Assembly (NCBI GenBank): GCA_041649575.1
Contig: JBAZMW010000002.1
Coordinates: forward strand, 150,001-182,000
Reading direction: 5' to 3'
Length of the DNA stretch: 32,000 nt
DNA from: Patescibacteria group bacterium
Lineage (GTDB): Bacteria > Patescibacteriota > Patescibacteriia > 2-01-FULL-39-33
Part shown: in pieces, positions 1 to 8,609 of the stretch
How positions within the stretch are numbered: the first letter of the stretch is position 1
Layout of the letters: each line of letters starts with the position of its first letter
Made by a program: the position numbers and the translations under genes
The notes under the pieces: generated by a model
Told to the model about the DNA's origin: nothing
Databases searched by the model: none
Seen by the model: only the letters and a program-made list of their open reading frames with translations

Positions 1-1
1 G

Positions 2-667
2 CTGAAGGATATTGTTAATGAGATGGTCCGAGTGATCAGTCAAAACAATCAGCCCGTTCAGCTGCAGAACTTGCTTAACAGTTTCAAAGACTCCGAATTC
101 TATCAAAAAAACAAAGATAAAATTCTTTCTCGGGCGGTTTTTTTGGAAGCCACCGAAGAGGACGTGGATAAAATTTTAGAGAGTTATCTGCGCGCTAGCC
201 GCAAAATCAAATCCAATTTGTTTGACGAGTGGGGCTTGGTCTCTTGGGGCACTGTTCAACCCAAGAAGATCAATGATAAAATATATATGGCCCTAAAGAA
301 AGCCGGCAAGCCTTTGCATTTCACCGAGATTGCCAATTTAATCAACGAAACCAAGTTCGACGATAAAATCGCTTATCCGCCCACCGTTCATAATGAATTG
401 ATTTTGGATGACAAATATGTTTTGGTCGGCCGCGGTATTTACGCTCTGAAAGAATGGGGCTATAATCCCGGCAATGTGGCCGATGTTTTAGAGGAAGTGT
501 TAAAGGAAAATGGTCCTTTAACCCGCGACGAAGTTATCGAAAAAGTTTTGGCCAAGCGCCAAGTCAAGAAATCAACCGTCTATTTGTCGCTGATGAACAA
601 CAGCCAGATCAAGAAAAACGAGCAGGGCAAATACTATTTACTGGACGATACTGCCAAAAGTTTATAA
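2..667 (+). CDS. HARE-HTH domain protein (RNA polymerase delta-like winged helix); possibly 5'-partial at window edge
   Basis: ORF track 23..667, and the frame stays open back to nt 2. KINDKIYMALKKAGKPLHFTEIANLI...YVLVGRGIYALKEWGY fits the HARE-HTH pattern (PxHFxEI ... GRGxYxLxEW). Confidence 0.6.
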   Translation: MKDIVNEMVRVISQNNQPVQLQNLLNSFKDSEFYQKNKDKILSRAVFLEATEEDVDKILESYLRASRKIKSNLFDEWGLVSWGTVQPKKINDKIYMALKKAGKPLHFTEIANLINETKFDDKIAYPPTVHNELILDDKYVLVGRGIYALKEWGYNPGNVADVLEEVLKENGPLTRDEVIEKVLAKRQVKKSTVYLSLMNNSQIKKNEQGKYYLLDDTAKSL

Positions 668-742
668 ACTTTAATTGTCAGCTAAAGTTAGCGTTTCAGA
701 CGCTAATCTAAGATAGTCTAAAACTCAGGAAGGTGACAAGGT

Positions 743-2290
743 ATGGGAATTGAACTTAATTTTGATTTGGCTTCAGTTTGGGAAAGTTTCGTAATTTTTG
801 CTTCCCAGGATCCAATTACCATTGGCATTCAACTGTTTCTTAAAGGTGGTTGGGTGATTTTTTTAATTGTAATACTGACTGTTTTTTACGATGCGTGGCT
901 AGATGCCCGCCAAGGCCAGTATGCCGGCAAGTGGCAGCATGTTCTCTTGGCTATCGATATTCCCAAAAACAATGAACAAACACCTAAGGCGGTAGAAAAT
1001 CTTTTTGTCGCTTTGGCCGGTACGCAATCCAGCGGCAATTTGATTGATCGTTATTGGCATGGCAAAATACAAGAAAGTTTTTCCTTCGAAATCGTCAGTC
1101 TCGAAGGCTATATCCAATTTTTGGTGCGCACTCCCGTTCATTTCAGGGATCTGGTGGAGGCCGCTGTTTATGCCCAGTATCCGGAAGCGGAAATCACCGA
1201 AGTCGAGGATTACGCCAAGGATTATGCCGGATTGCGTTTTCCCAATGAGCAATATAATTTGTGGGGCACCGAATTGGTTCTGACCAAGGATTACCCCTAT
1301 CCCATCAAAACTTATATTGATTTTGAACACACTTTGACCGGCAATTTTTTGGATCCCATGGCGGGGTTATTGGAGATTTTGAGCCGCTTCGGTCCCGGCG
1401 AGCAGCTCTGGCTGCAGCTGGTGGTGACGCCGTGGAAGCCGGACTGGGGCGAAAAAGCCAAAAAAGCCATCAAGACTCTTAAAGGAGAAAATTATGCTCC
1501 GCCGACCACCATAGCCGACAGGATAGCCAAACCAATCGAGTGGTTGGGCACTCAGGCCTTAAATGTCGCTAATGAATTTGCCGGCGGCGGGGGAGAGGGA
1601 GCCAGCAAAAAAGAGGAAGATCAGTGGAAAATGTTCAAACTTACTCCTGGAGAAAGACTGGTTTTTGAAAAAATTCAGCATAAATTGTCCAAAATTCCTT
1701 TCCGGGTGAAATTTCGCATGATTTATTTGGCCAAAAAAGATGTTTTTGCCAAAGGCCGGGGCGTAGCGGCTGTGATTGGCAATATTCAGCAGTTTAATGT
1801 CTCCGACGCCAATGGCTTCAAACCCGGCCCGAAAACCAAGACGGCGGTCGATTATTTTCGCGTTAAGAAAAGATTGGCGGAAAGGCAAAAAAGGATTTTG
1901 CGTCGTTTTATTGGCCGCAGTAATTTTTATGGCGAACCGGTCAGTAATATGTTTTTGAGTACCGAGGAATTAGCCACCCTTTGGCATTTCCCGGTGATGA
2001 CCGTTAAGGCGCCCAGGCTGGAAATGATTGGCTCCAGGCGAGCCGTTCCGCCCACTCGTTTGCCCTACAAAAGTCGTGGTTTTACCGTTGAAAAAGAGAG
2101 AGTTAGAACTTTGGCGGAAAGAGACGGCAGGATTGAAGAAAAAATTGAAGGTTCACTGGAATCTCATCCCCGGTCGCCAAAGTTACCAGCGGTAGCGCCG
2201 CTGGTTCGGCCGGCCAATTTAACGGACAAATCGACCGAACCGCCGCCGCGAAGAAATCCCGAACCGCCGGCCAACTTACCCACTGTTTAA
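743..2290 (+). CDS. Membrane protein of unknown family, probable partner of the downstream ATPase
   Basis: 515-aa ORF with the SD-like GGAAGGTG upstream of the ATG. It has N-terminal hydrophobic segments (GGWVIFLIVILTVFY), a large soluble region and a Pro-rich C-terminal tail. The stop lies 12 nt before the next ATG. Confidence 0.75.
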   Translation: MGIELNFDLASVWESFVIFASQDPITIGIQLFLKGGWVIFLIVILTVFYDAWLDARQGQYAGKWQHVLLAIDIPKNNEQTPKAVENLFVALAGTQSSGNLIDRYWHGKIQESFSFEIVSLEGYIQFLVRTPVHFRDLVEAAVYAQYPEAEITEVEDYAKDYAGLRFPNEQYNLWGTELVLTKDYPYPIKTYIDFEHTLTGNFLDPMAGLLEILSRFGPGEQLWLQLVVTPWKPDWGEKAKKAIKTLKGENYAPPTTIADRIAKPIEWLGTQALNVANEFAGGGGEGASKKEEDQWKMFKLTPGERLVFEKIQHKLSKIPFRVKFRMIYLAKKDVFAKGRGVAAVIGNIQQFNVSDANGFKPGPKTKTAVDYFRVKKRLAERQKRILRRFIGRSNFYGEPVSNMFLSTEELATLWHFPVMTVKAPRLEMIGSRRAVPPTRLPYKSRGFTVEKERVRTLAERDGRIEEKIEGSLESHPRSPKLPAVAPLVRPANLTDKSTEPPPRRNPEPPANLPTV

Positions 2291-2302
2291 ATTTTCTAAA
2301 AA

Positions 2303-3904
2303 ATGACAGAAGAAAGCGTCGAACAAAAAAAAGAAATAACCATTTTTGCCGAAACCAATTTCCGCAACCAGCGGCGCAGTTTTGGTATTAAGCGCGATGA
2401 TCGCCGGCGCCATATGTATATTATCGGTAAGACCGGCATGGGCAAAACCACGCTTTTGGAAAACATGATTATTTCCGATATCATCAACGGCGAAGGTTGT
2501 TGCTATATTGATCCTCATGGCGATACCGCCGAAAAAATTCTAAATTATATTCCTTCCCACCGGGTTAACGACGTGGTCTATTTCAACCCGTCCGATACGG
2601 ATTTTCCCATCGCTTTCAATATTCTGGAGGCGGTTGACGAAAAAAGCAAGCACTTGATCGCTTCCGGCTTGGTCGGAGTTTTCAAGAAGCAATTCGCCGA
2701 CAGCTGGGGCCCGCGTTTGGAATATATTTTAAGAAATGCTATTTTAGCTCTTTTGGATTATCCCGGTAGTACGCTTTTGGGTATCATGAGGATTTTGGTT
2801 GACGCCGATTATCGCGACAAGGTGATTGAGAAAGTCACTGATCCGGTGGTCAGGTCTTTTTGGACCAATGAATACACCAAATGGAACGACCGGGTTTTGC
2901 AAGAGGTCATTTCGCCGATTCAAAACAAAGTGGGCCAATTTTTATCTAATTTTTTAATTCGCAACATCGTCGGTCAGGTCAAATCGACCATTGATATGCG
3001 CGAGATCATCGACAACAAAAAAATAATGATAATGAACTTGTCCAAGGGCCGTATCGGCGAAGACACCATGCAGCTTTTGGGATCGATGATTGTCACTAAA
3101 TTGTATTTAGCGGCCATGAGCCGCGTTGATGTTCCCGAGCAGCAGCGCCAAGATTTTTATCTTTACGTTGATGAGTTCCAAAATTTTGCTACCGACAGTT
3201 TTGCCGATATTTTGTCAGAAGCCAGAAAATATCGCCTGAACCTGGTTATTGCCCACCAGTACATCGAGCAACTGCCGGAGCTGGTGACTGCCGCGGTTTT
3301 TGGCAACGTGGGCACGCTGATCAGTTTCCGGGTGGGCGCTTCCGATGCCGAGAGCTTGGTGCGGGAATTCACTCCTACCTTTACTGAAGAAGACCTGGTT
3401 AACCTGCCTTCTTTTAATGTCTATCTGAAATTAATGATTGACGGCATTTCTTCCGATCCGTTCTCCGCCACCACTTTACCACCACTTTTCGACGAAATGA
3501 TCACCGACAGCAGTGAAAAGGTCATTAAAGTTTCTCGCGAACGTTATGCCCATGGTCGTAAGGTAATAGAAGACAAAATTAACCGCTGGAGTGGCATTGA
3601 TCTAAGTGAAAAGTTGGCCGAAGCCACCGTGGGCAAGGGAGTGCCGGTTGTCATTTCCGCTTCCGGCGACGGCGCGAAGAAGAAGAAAAAAAAGAAGAAA
3701 AAGAGCCAGGCCACCGCTGGCAATAATTTTTCCGTGGCCTGCGCTTCCTGCGGCACGCCGGTCAAGCTGAACTTTCAGCCCGATGGCAAGCGCCCGATTT
3801 TTTGCGAGAATTGCCTTAATCAAATGGCCAAAGAAGAAGTCAAGTCCGACGAGGACGATGGCTACCAGAGTTTGGAAGATTTAAAAAAGATTCTGGGCCG
3901 ATAA
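2303..3904 (+). CDS. TraD/VirD4/HerA-like P-loop NTPase with C-terminal CxxC-x17-CxxC zinc ribbon
   Basis: Walker A GKTGMGKTT and Walker B-like LYVDEFQNF. The C-terminus has a K9 linker followed by CASC-(17 aa)-CENC. Confidence 0.8.
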   Translation: MTEESVEQKKEITIFAETNFRNQRRSFGIKRDDRRRHMYIIGKTGMGKTTLLENMIISDIINGEGCCYIDPHGDTAEKILNYIPSHRVNDVVYFNPSDTDFPIAFNILEAVDEKSKHLIASGLVGVFKKQFADSWGPRLEYILRNAILALLDYPGSTLLGIMRILVDADYRDKVIEKVTDPVVRSFWTNEYTKWNDRVLQEVISPIQNKVGQFLSNFLIRNIVGQVKSTIDMREIIDNKKIMIMNLSKGRIGEDTMQLLGSMIVTKLYLAAMSRVDVPEQQRQDFYLYVDEFQNFATDSFADILSEARKYRLNLVIAHQYIEQLPELVTAAVFGNVGTLISFRVGASDAESLVREFTPTFTEEDLVNLPSFNVYLKLMIDGISSDPFSATTLPPLFDEMITDSSEKVIKVSRERYAHGRKVIEDKINRWSGIDLSEKLAEATVGKGVPVVISASGDGAKKKKKKKKKSQATAGNNFSVACASCGTPVKLNFQPDGKRPIFCENCLNQMAKEEVKSDEDDGYQSLEDLKKILGR

Positions 3905-3918
3905 AGCTATAAGCTAAG

Positions 3919-3946
3919 AGAGCGGCGCAGGAGCCGCTTTTATTTA
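3919..3946 (+). terminator. Intrinsic terminator after the ATPase gene
   Basis: Stem AGCGGC (3921-3926) / GCCGCT (3933-3938), followed by TTTTATTT. Confidence 0.6.
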
Positions 3947-3972
3947 TCTTTAAAATGTGTTAAATTTTTCAT

Positions 3973-4521
3973 ATGTGGTCTGTTGTTTGGCAAGCTTTTT
4001 ATTTGGCCTGGCCGGCTTATTTGGCCAATATGGCGCCGGTTATTTTCAAAAATTTTGGTTGGTTAAAATTTTTGGATCGGCCGATAGATGGCGGCAAAAA
4101 ATTCGGCGGTGATTATCTTTTTGGACGGCACAAGACTTGGCGCGGGCTCCTGGCCGCTATCGTCGGCGGAGCTTTGGCCAGCTTTTTTCAGCTGATTCTT
4201 TATCGTTATCAGTTTTTCAGTTCTTTTTCTCTTTTTGACTACAACCAGCAGTGGCTGCTGGTCGGTTTACTTGGTGGTCTGGGCGCTATCCTGGGTGATT
4301 TGGCAAAAAGTTTTTTCAAACGTCGCCTGAAGATCGCCTCGGGCCGGTCTTGGCCGGTTTTTGACCAGTTGGATTTTATTTTTGGTTTTTTTGTTTTTGT
4401 TTATCTAACAGTCAGGCCGCCACTATTAGTGGTTGTCGTTGTTTTTCTAATCACCCTTATTCTTCATCCTTTGACTAATGTTTTTGCTTATCTTTTGAGA
4501 TTTAAAAAAGTTTGGTGGTAA
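3973..4521 (+). CDS. carS: CDP-archaeol synthase family (CarS/DUF46-like) integral membrane CDP-alcohol synthase
   Basis: 182-aa polytopic ORF. It shows the family pattern as I recall it from archaeal CarS: PAYLANMAPV, PIDGG, HKTWRG, GDLAKSFFKRR, PVFDQLDF, HPLTNVFAYLL..KKVWW. Confidence 0.8.
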   Translation: MWSVVWQAFYLAWPAYLANMAPVIFKNFGWLKFLDRPIDGGKKFGGDYLFGRHKTWRGLLAAIVGGALASFFQLILYRYQFFSSFSLFDYNQQWLLVGLLGGLGAILGDLAKSFFKRRLKIASGRSWPVFDQLDFIFGFFVFVYLTVRPPLLVVVVVFLITLILHPLTNVFAYLLRFKKVWW

Positions 4522-4526
4522 TCAAG

Positions 4527-5420
4527 ATGAAAAAAGCGTTAATTATTTTTAACCCCACCGCCGGCCTGGTTAGCAGACAGGATGTCCGCGGGCTGGTGGA
4601 AAAAAAATTGAAAGAGCTGGGCTTCGACTGGGAATTGTTTTTGCTTAACTCGGAGTTTGAAAAAAATATCTCCAGCTTTGATTTTTCCGGGCTCAAGTTG
4701 GTGGTGGCGGTGGGCGGTGACGGCACGATCAAGGTGGCGGCCCGCACCATTTTAAAAAACAAACTGACTTGCCCGTTGGCGGTCGTGCCTTTTGGTTCGG
4801 CCAATGTGATAGCTTCCACCCTGGCCATCCCCATTAGTATTAAAGAAGCTTTAAAGCTTTTAGACAAACCTAGTACCAAAAAAATCGACGTCGGCCTGAT
4901 TAATGGCAACCGTTATTTTTTGGTCGGTTTTTCCTTGGGCTATATCTCCGACATCGTTATTAATACCGGCAAAGGACTGAAAAATCGTTTTGGTATGCTG
5001 GGCTATTTTTGGCGATTATTTTTTAATAAAATCAGAATCTCCCGGCTTAAATTCAAAATCCAAACCCGCAACAGGACTTTCTGGCTCAAGGGCAATAGCC
5101 TGATAATTTTTAACGCTTTCAATTATTTTGGTTTCCGGCCCAAAAGGCCTATCAGCATCAGCGACGGCATTTTTAATCTCTACGTCATTACTAATAAGAC
5201 TTTTTTTTCTTTGATCCGGGCTGGATTTTATATCCTGCTCTACCACCAGCCGCCGCGTTATGTTTTTACTTTGGATAATAATTTCTTTAGAATAACTCTG
5301 CGCCGTCAACACTTTCTCAAAACCGCTCAAATCGACGGCGATCATCTCAATTTGCCGCGGGAAATAATCATCGAGGTATTGCCCCGGGCGCTAGAAATGG
5401 TGGTAAAAAATAATGGCTAA
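4527..5420 (+). CDS. Diacylglycerol-kinase-family lipid kinase (YegS/DagK-like)
   Basis: The track starts at TTG 4512. The ATG at 4527 gives MKKALIIFNPTAG, the usual N-terminus of this family. The VAVGGDGTI motif is present. The gene starts 5 nt after the CarS-like stop. Confidence 0.8.
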   Translation: MKKALIIFNPTAGLVSRQDVRGLVEKKLKELGFDWELFLLNSEFEKNISSFDFSGLKLVVAVGGDGTIKVAARTILKNKLTCPLAVVPFGSANVIASTLAIPISIKEALKLLDKPSTKKIDVGLINGNRYFLVGFSLGYISDIVINTGKGLKNRFGMLGYFWRLFFNKIRISRLKFKIQTRNRTFWLKGNSLIIFNAFNYFGFRPKRPISISDGIFNLYVITNKTFFSLIRAGFYILLYHQPPRYVFTLDNNFFRITLRRQHFLKTAQIDGDHLNLPREIIIEVLPRALEMVVKNNG

Positions 5421-6531
5421 AGAAAAAGTGGTAGTAGCGATGAGTGGTGGCGTTGATTCCTCCGTCGCTGCGGCCTTACTCAAAAAACAAGACTATGAAG
5501 TGGTTGGAGTTTTTATGCAGTTTTGGTTTCCCTTGTCTCGCCAGGGACAAGCGGAGGCGGGCTCGTTTACTAAAAATAAAACCATTCAGTCAAGTATAAA
5601 TACCAAGGTTTACGAAGAAAACCGCTGTTGTAGTTTGAGGTCTTGGAACGAAGCGCAACAAGTGGCGCGAATTCTGGATTTTCCTGTTCGCAAGGTAAAT
5701 TTCGGACGGCAATTCAAAAAACTGATTGTTGATGAATTTTTGCGTGAGTACAGACTGGGTCGCACTCCCAACCCTTGTGTCGCTTGCAATAAATTTATCA
5801 AATTTGATTTGTTGTTGAAATATGCGAGAACTGTTTTTGGTGCGGATTATTTGGCTACCGGGCACTATGCTAGCTTGGTGTCATTCAAATTAGGACGGCC
5901 CAAAGACAGACAAAAAGACCAGACTTATTTTTTGTATAATTTAAAACAAGCACAATTAAAGCACCTGCTTTTTCCGCTTGGTAATTATACTAAAAATGAG
6001 GTCAGAAAATTGGCTAAGAAGTTTAAGCTGCCGGTTTTTGATAAGCCGGACAGCCAGGAAATCTGTTTTGTGGGGCAGTCACATTATGATTTTTTGAAGA
6101 AATATTTGCGCTTACAGCCGGGTAAAATCATTAGCAACCAAGGAAAAATATTGAGAACGCATCAGGGTCTGCCCTTGTATACCCTGGGCCAAAGGAGCGG
6201 CTTGGGGCTTTCGGGCGGACCGTGGTATGTGGCTGAAATGGATTATAAAAAAAATCGGCTGGTTGTCACCAAAAAAGAAAAGCAGTCAGCAATCTTTCGA
6301 AAAGAATTAGTCGCCCAAAAAGTTAATTGGCTTTTTGGCGAACCAAAATTTCCTCTCATATGCCAGGCGCAAATTCGTTATCATGCCCGGTCGGCCAGTT
6401 GTCTGGTGAAAAAGCAGGACCAAAAGATTGTTGTTGAATTCAGGCAAAAGCAGCGGGCGATAATGCCCGGCCAATCTGTGGTTTTTTATCAAGGTGATGA
6501 GCTGTTGGGCGGGGGAGTGATAGTGGGTTAG
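5413..6531 (+). CDS. mnmA: tRNA 2-thiouridine(34) synthase MnmA
   Basis: PP-loop VVAMSGGVDSSVAA, plus CCS, NPCVACN, ATGHYA and DQTYFL motifs. Overlaps the upstream gene by 8 nt. Confidence 0.9.
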   Translation: MAKEKVVVAMSGGVDSSVAAALLKKQDYEVVGVFMQFWFPLSRQGQAEAGSFTKNKTIQSSINTKVYEENRCCSLRSWNEAQQVARILDFPVRKVNFGRQFKKLIVDEFLREYRLGRTPNPCVACNKFIKFDLLLKYARTVFGADYLATGHYASLVSFKLGRPKDRQKDQTYFLYNLKQAQLKHLLFPLGNYTKNEVRKLAKKFKLPVFDKPDSQEICFVGQSHYDFLKKYLRLQPGKIISNQGKILRTHQGLPLYTLGQRSGLGLSGGPWYVAEMDYKKNRLVVTKKEKQSAIFRKELVAQKVNWLFGEPKFPLICQAQIRYHARSASCLVKKQDQKIVVEFRQKQRAIMPGQSVVFYQGDELLGGGVIVG

Positions 6532-6639
6532 TACAGAAGGAGTCAGGTTAATAATAAAAAAAGAAGACAAAGATCGGGCAGAAGAGGTTTTAGAAATTGG
6601 TAATAAGTAAATTATTAATAATAAACAAAGATTTAACGT

Positions 6640-6668
6640 TTGACATAATTTTGAAAGCATAATAAGAT
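6640..6668 (+). promoter_or_regulatory. Sigma70-type promoter for the 6771 ORF
   Basis: TTGACA (6640-6645), 17-nt spacer, TAAGAT (6663-6668), followed by AAT. Confidence 0.55.
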
Positions 6669-6770
6669 AATATATCTTTCTCCAGAGAGAATGATTCATA
6701 GTCCACTTGTGGTGGAAGATGATTGCACAAAAGACAAGGGAACAGGAACCCAAGAAGGAGGCTGTACGTC

Positions 6771-7592
6771 ATGATTAAAAGAACCGTCGTGGGGCGACTT
6801 TTCCGTGATTCTGGCGCATTCGGCCAGTTGACGCCGCCGCCCGGTCTGGAGGGAACCATTGGTGATCCCGATTGGGATTTCTTCTCGAAGCTGCCGCCGC
6901 GTTTTGATTTTCTGGAACTCTGCGATCGGGTCGGCCACGCTTTTGAGATGTCCGAGTCACCCATCTCGCCCTCCGACTGGGAGGACCAGTTCGAAAGTCA
7001 GAAGGAGCGGCTGCTCGCTCTGTCCGGCTGCTCTGATGGCCATGGCATCGTGCTTTTGCCCGGCCTATTGCCAGTGGCTCCCGGTGATTGTATCAGGAAG
7101 AGCCTTTTCAATGTCTACATCCCGGCGGTAGAACGCGGCTACGGGGCGATCTATCCCAAGAGGGCTTTTGAGGATTGGTGTGATGGTCGGGCGGACAGTG
7201 TCGCGGCTTTTCCCGGAGTGGGCCACGAGCATCTAATCCACCTCGCCAGTAAAGGCTTGGTCGCCGTCTTCGTCTACATCGCCCATTGTATGCGGGCGTG
7301 GCCCGTCTCGACCCAGCGCCGACTGCCACGGAAGTTGTTCAAATCGAATTTCTCCTTGGCCGGCGGCTGTGACACGCTTTCCGTCCTGTCTCTGCACCCT
7401 GATATTCTCGCCGCTGGTTTCTGTAGCCCGACGATCGAGCTCAGTGCCTTGCAGACAGATTCGCCGCGCCTCTCGATCTGCGTGGTGCCAGAAGACAAAC
7501 GCCTCAGACTCGACATCTGGGGTAATCCCGACGATTTCGCGCCTGAAGCTTCAGGAGGGCTTTCGTTCTGGAAGGAGCAACCTGTCTTCTAG
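6771..7592 (+). CDS. Hypothetical protein (273 aa), GC-rich island A
   Basis: The track ORF 6723..7592 is trimmed to ATG 6771, which follows the SD GAAGGAGG by 8 nt. It is the longest ORF in a stop-depleted region. No motif recognised. Confidence 0.65.
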   Translation: MIKRTVVGRLFRDSGAFGQLTPPPGLEGTIGDPDWDFFSKLPPRFDFLELCDRVGHAFEMSESPISPSDWEDQFESQKERLLALSGCSDGHGIVLLPGLLPVAPGDCIRKSLFNVYIPAVERGYGAIYPKRAFEDWCDGRADSVAAFPGVGHEHLIHLASKGLVAVFVYIAHCMRAWPVSTQRRLPRKLFKSNFSLAGGCDTLSVLSLHPDILAAGFCSPTIELSALQTDSPRLSICVVPEDKRLRLDIWGNPDDFAPEASGGLSFWKEQPVF

Positions 7593-7681
7593 CTGGCGCG
7601 CCTTAGCCGGCTGCCGGAGTTCTCTAATTGGGGCTAGTGATCATACCAATCACCGGCCTCTGTTTTTTGTTTTAAGCGTAG

Positions 7682-7710
7682 TTGACATTGATAATGAAAA
7701 CCCTTAAGAT
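7682..7710 (+). promoter_or_regulatory. Sigma70-type promoter for the acyltransferase gene
   Basis: TTGACA (7682-7687), 17-nt spacer, TAAGAT (7705-7710), followed by AAT. These are the same hexamers and spacing as at 6640. Confidence 0.55.
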
Positions 7711-7763
7711 AATCTTTCGATCTTTCAAGTTAAACTAGTAAGGCAACCATGGAGGGAGCTGCC

Positions 7764-8501
7764 ATGTTTCTGGTATTATTTTCCATTCTGGTCTACCCAG
7801 TGGCCTTTGTCACCTTCGTCGTTTGCGCCTCAATCTACCTGGCGTTTGTCTTTGTCTTCAAGTCGCTGGGCTGGGAGCTGCAGTACCTGGGGCCGTTGGT
7901 TCGGTTTCTGGCTCGCGTGATTCTCTTGAGTTGTGGCCAATGGCTCAAGGTTGGGGGCAACTGGCCCTCTCCGACTATCGGGCCTTGCATCTTTCTCTTC
8001 AACCACAGCTCTATCCTGGATGCTCTGGTGGCTGGCGCGGTGCTAAAAGGACGGTTCACTGGCGTGGCTGCCCAGGAGTATTTCTTTTGGCCGCTGTGGG
8101 GAACCATTATGCGCTGGCACAATATCATTCCCATCAAGCGCAAGTGCCACGACGAGGCCATAGAGAGCATGCGGCGGGCGGAAGAGGCGATAAAAAACGG
8201 CTGGTCAATAGGCGGCTTTCCCGAGGGCACCAGAAGCAAGACAGGAGAGTTGCAGCCGTTCAAAAAGGGCCTTTTCTATGTGGCCAAGGCCACGGGCGCG
8301 CCGATCGTGGTGATAGCCATCAAGGGGGCGTACCGTGCCAAGAGTCGCGTCGGTTGGTGTGTTCGGCCGGGAGTGATAACGGCCACTATCGGCAAACCCT
8401 GGACCCTGTGGTCTAACGGAAAGCAACGGTATGCGGCCTTGTCGGTGGAAGAGTTAAGGCAACTGGCCGAAGGGCTCATGGCAACCATGCTCGAAAGTTG
8501 A
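7764..8501 (+). CDS. plsC: 1-acyl-sn-glycerol-3-phosphate (lysophospholipid) acyltransferase, PlsC/AGPAT family
   Basis: HX4D motif NHSSILD, FPEGTRS motif, PIVVIAI block and an N-terminal TM segment. The start is moved to ATG 7764, just downstream of the SD GGAGGGAG. Confidence 0.85.
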   Translation: MFLVLFSILVYPVAFVTFVVCASIYLAFVFVFKSLGWELQYLGPLVRFLARVILLSCGQWLKVGGNWPSPTIGPCIFLFNHSSILDALVAGAVLKGRFTGVAAQEYFFWPLWGTIMRWHNIIPIKRKCHDEAIESMRRAEEAIKNGWSIGGFPEGTRSKTGELQPFKKGLFYVAKATGAPIVVIAIKGAYRAKSRVGWCVRPGVITATIGKPWTLWSNGKQRYAALSVEELRQLAEGLMATMLES

Positions 8502-8531
8502 GCGTCAGGCGGTTCCCGCTAGCGTAAGTAT

Positions 8532-8563
8532 CCGGCAACAGCGATGTTTGCCGGTTTTTCTTT
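8532..8563 (+). terminator. Intrinsic terminator ending island A
   Basis: CCGGCAA (8532-8538) / TTGCCGG (8548-8554), then TTTTTCTTT. Confidence 0.65.
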
Positions 8564-8609
8564 ACTTGATAAAATCTCCTAATTTGTTATAATTCAGTCA
8601 AACATTTTT

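Noticed and set aside
899-3823. Antisense and alternate-frame ORFs inside the membrane-protein and ATPase genes: 899..1330(-), 1044..1283(+), 1559..1888(-), 2276..2518(-), 3544..3765(-), 3602..3823(-) and others.
   Set aside because: They are nested in longer ORFs with clear motifs. The poly-F and poly-K translations simply mirror the purine tract.
6590-8488. Many overlapping ORFs on both strands within island A: 6590..6964(-), 6696..6938(-), 6775..6960(-), 6859..7131(+), 7108..7329(-), 7274..7516(-), 7369..7707(+), 7823..8416(+), 7835..8263(-), 8205..8426(-), 8276..8488(-).
   Set aside because: These are expected by-products of stop-codon depletion in GC-rich DNA. They lack SD sequences and recognisable motifs and overlap better-supported ORFs (one of which has clear PlsC motifs).
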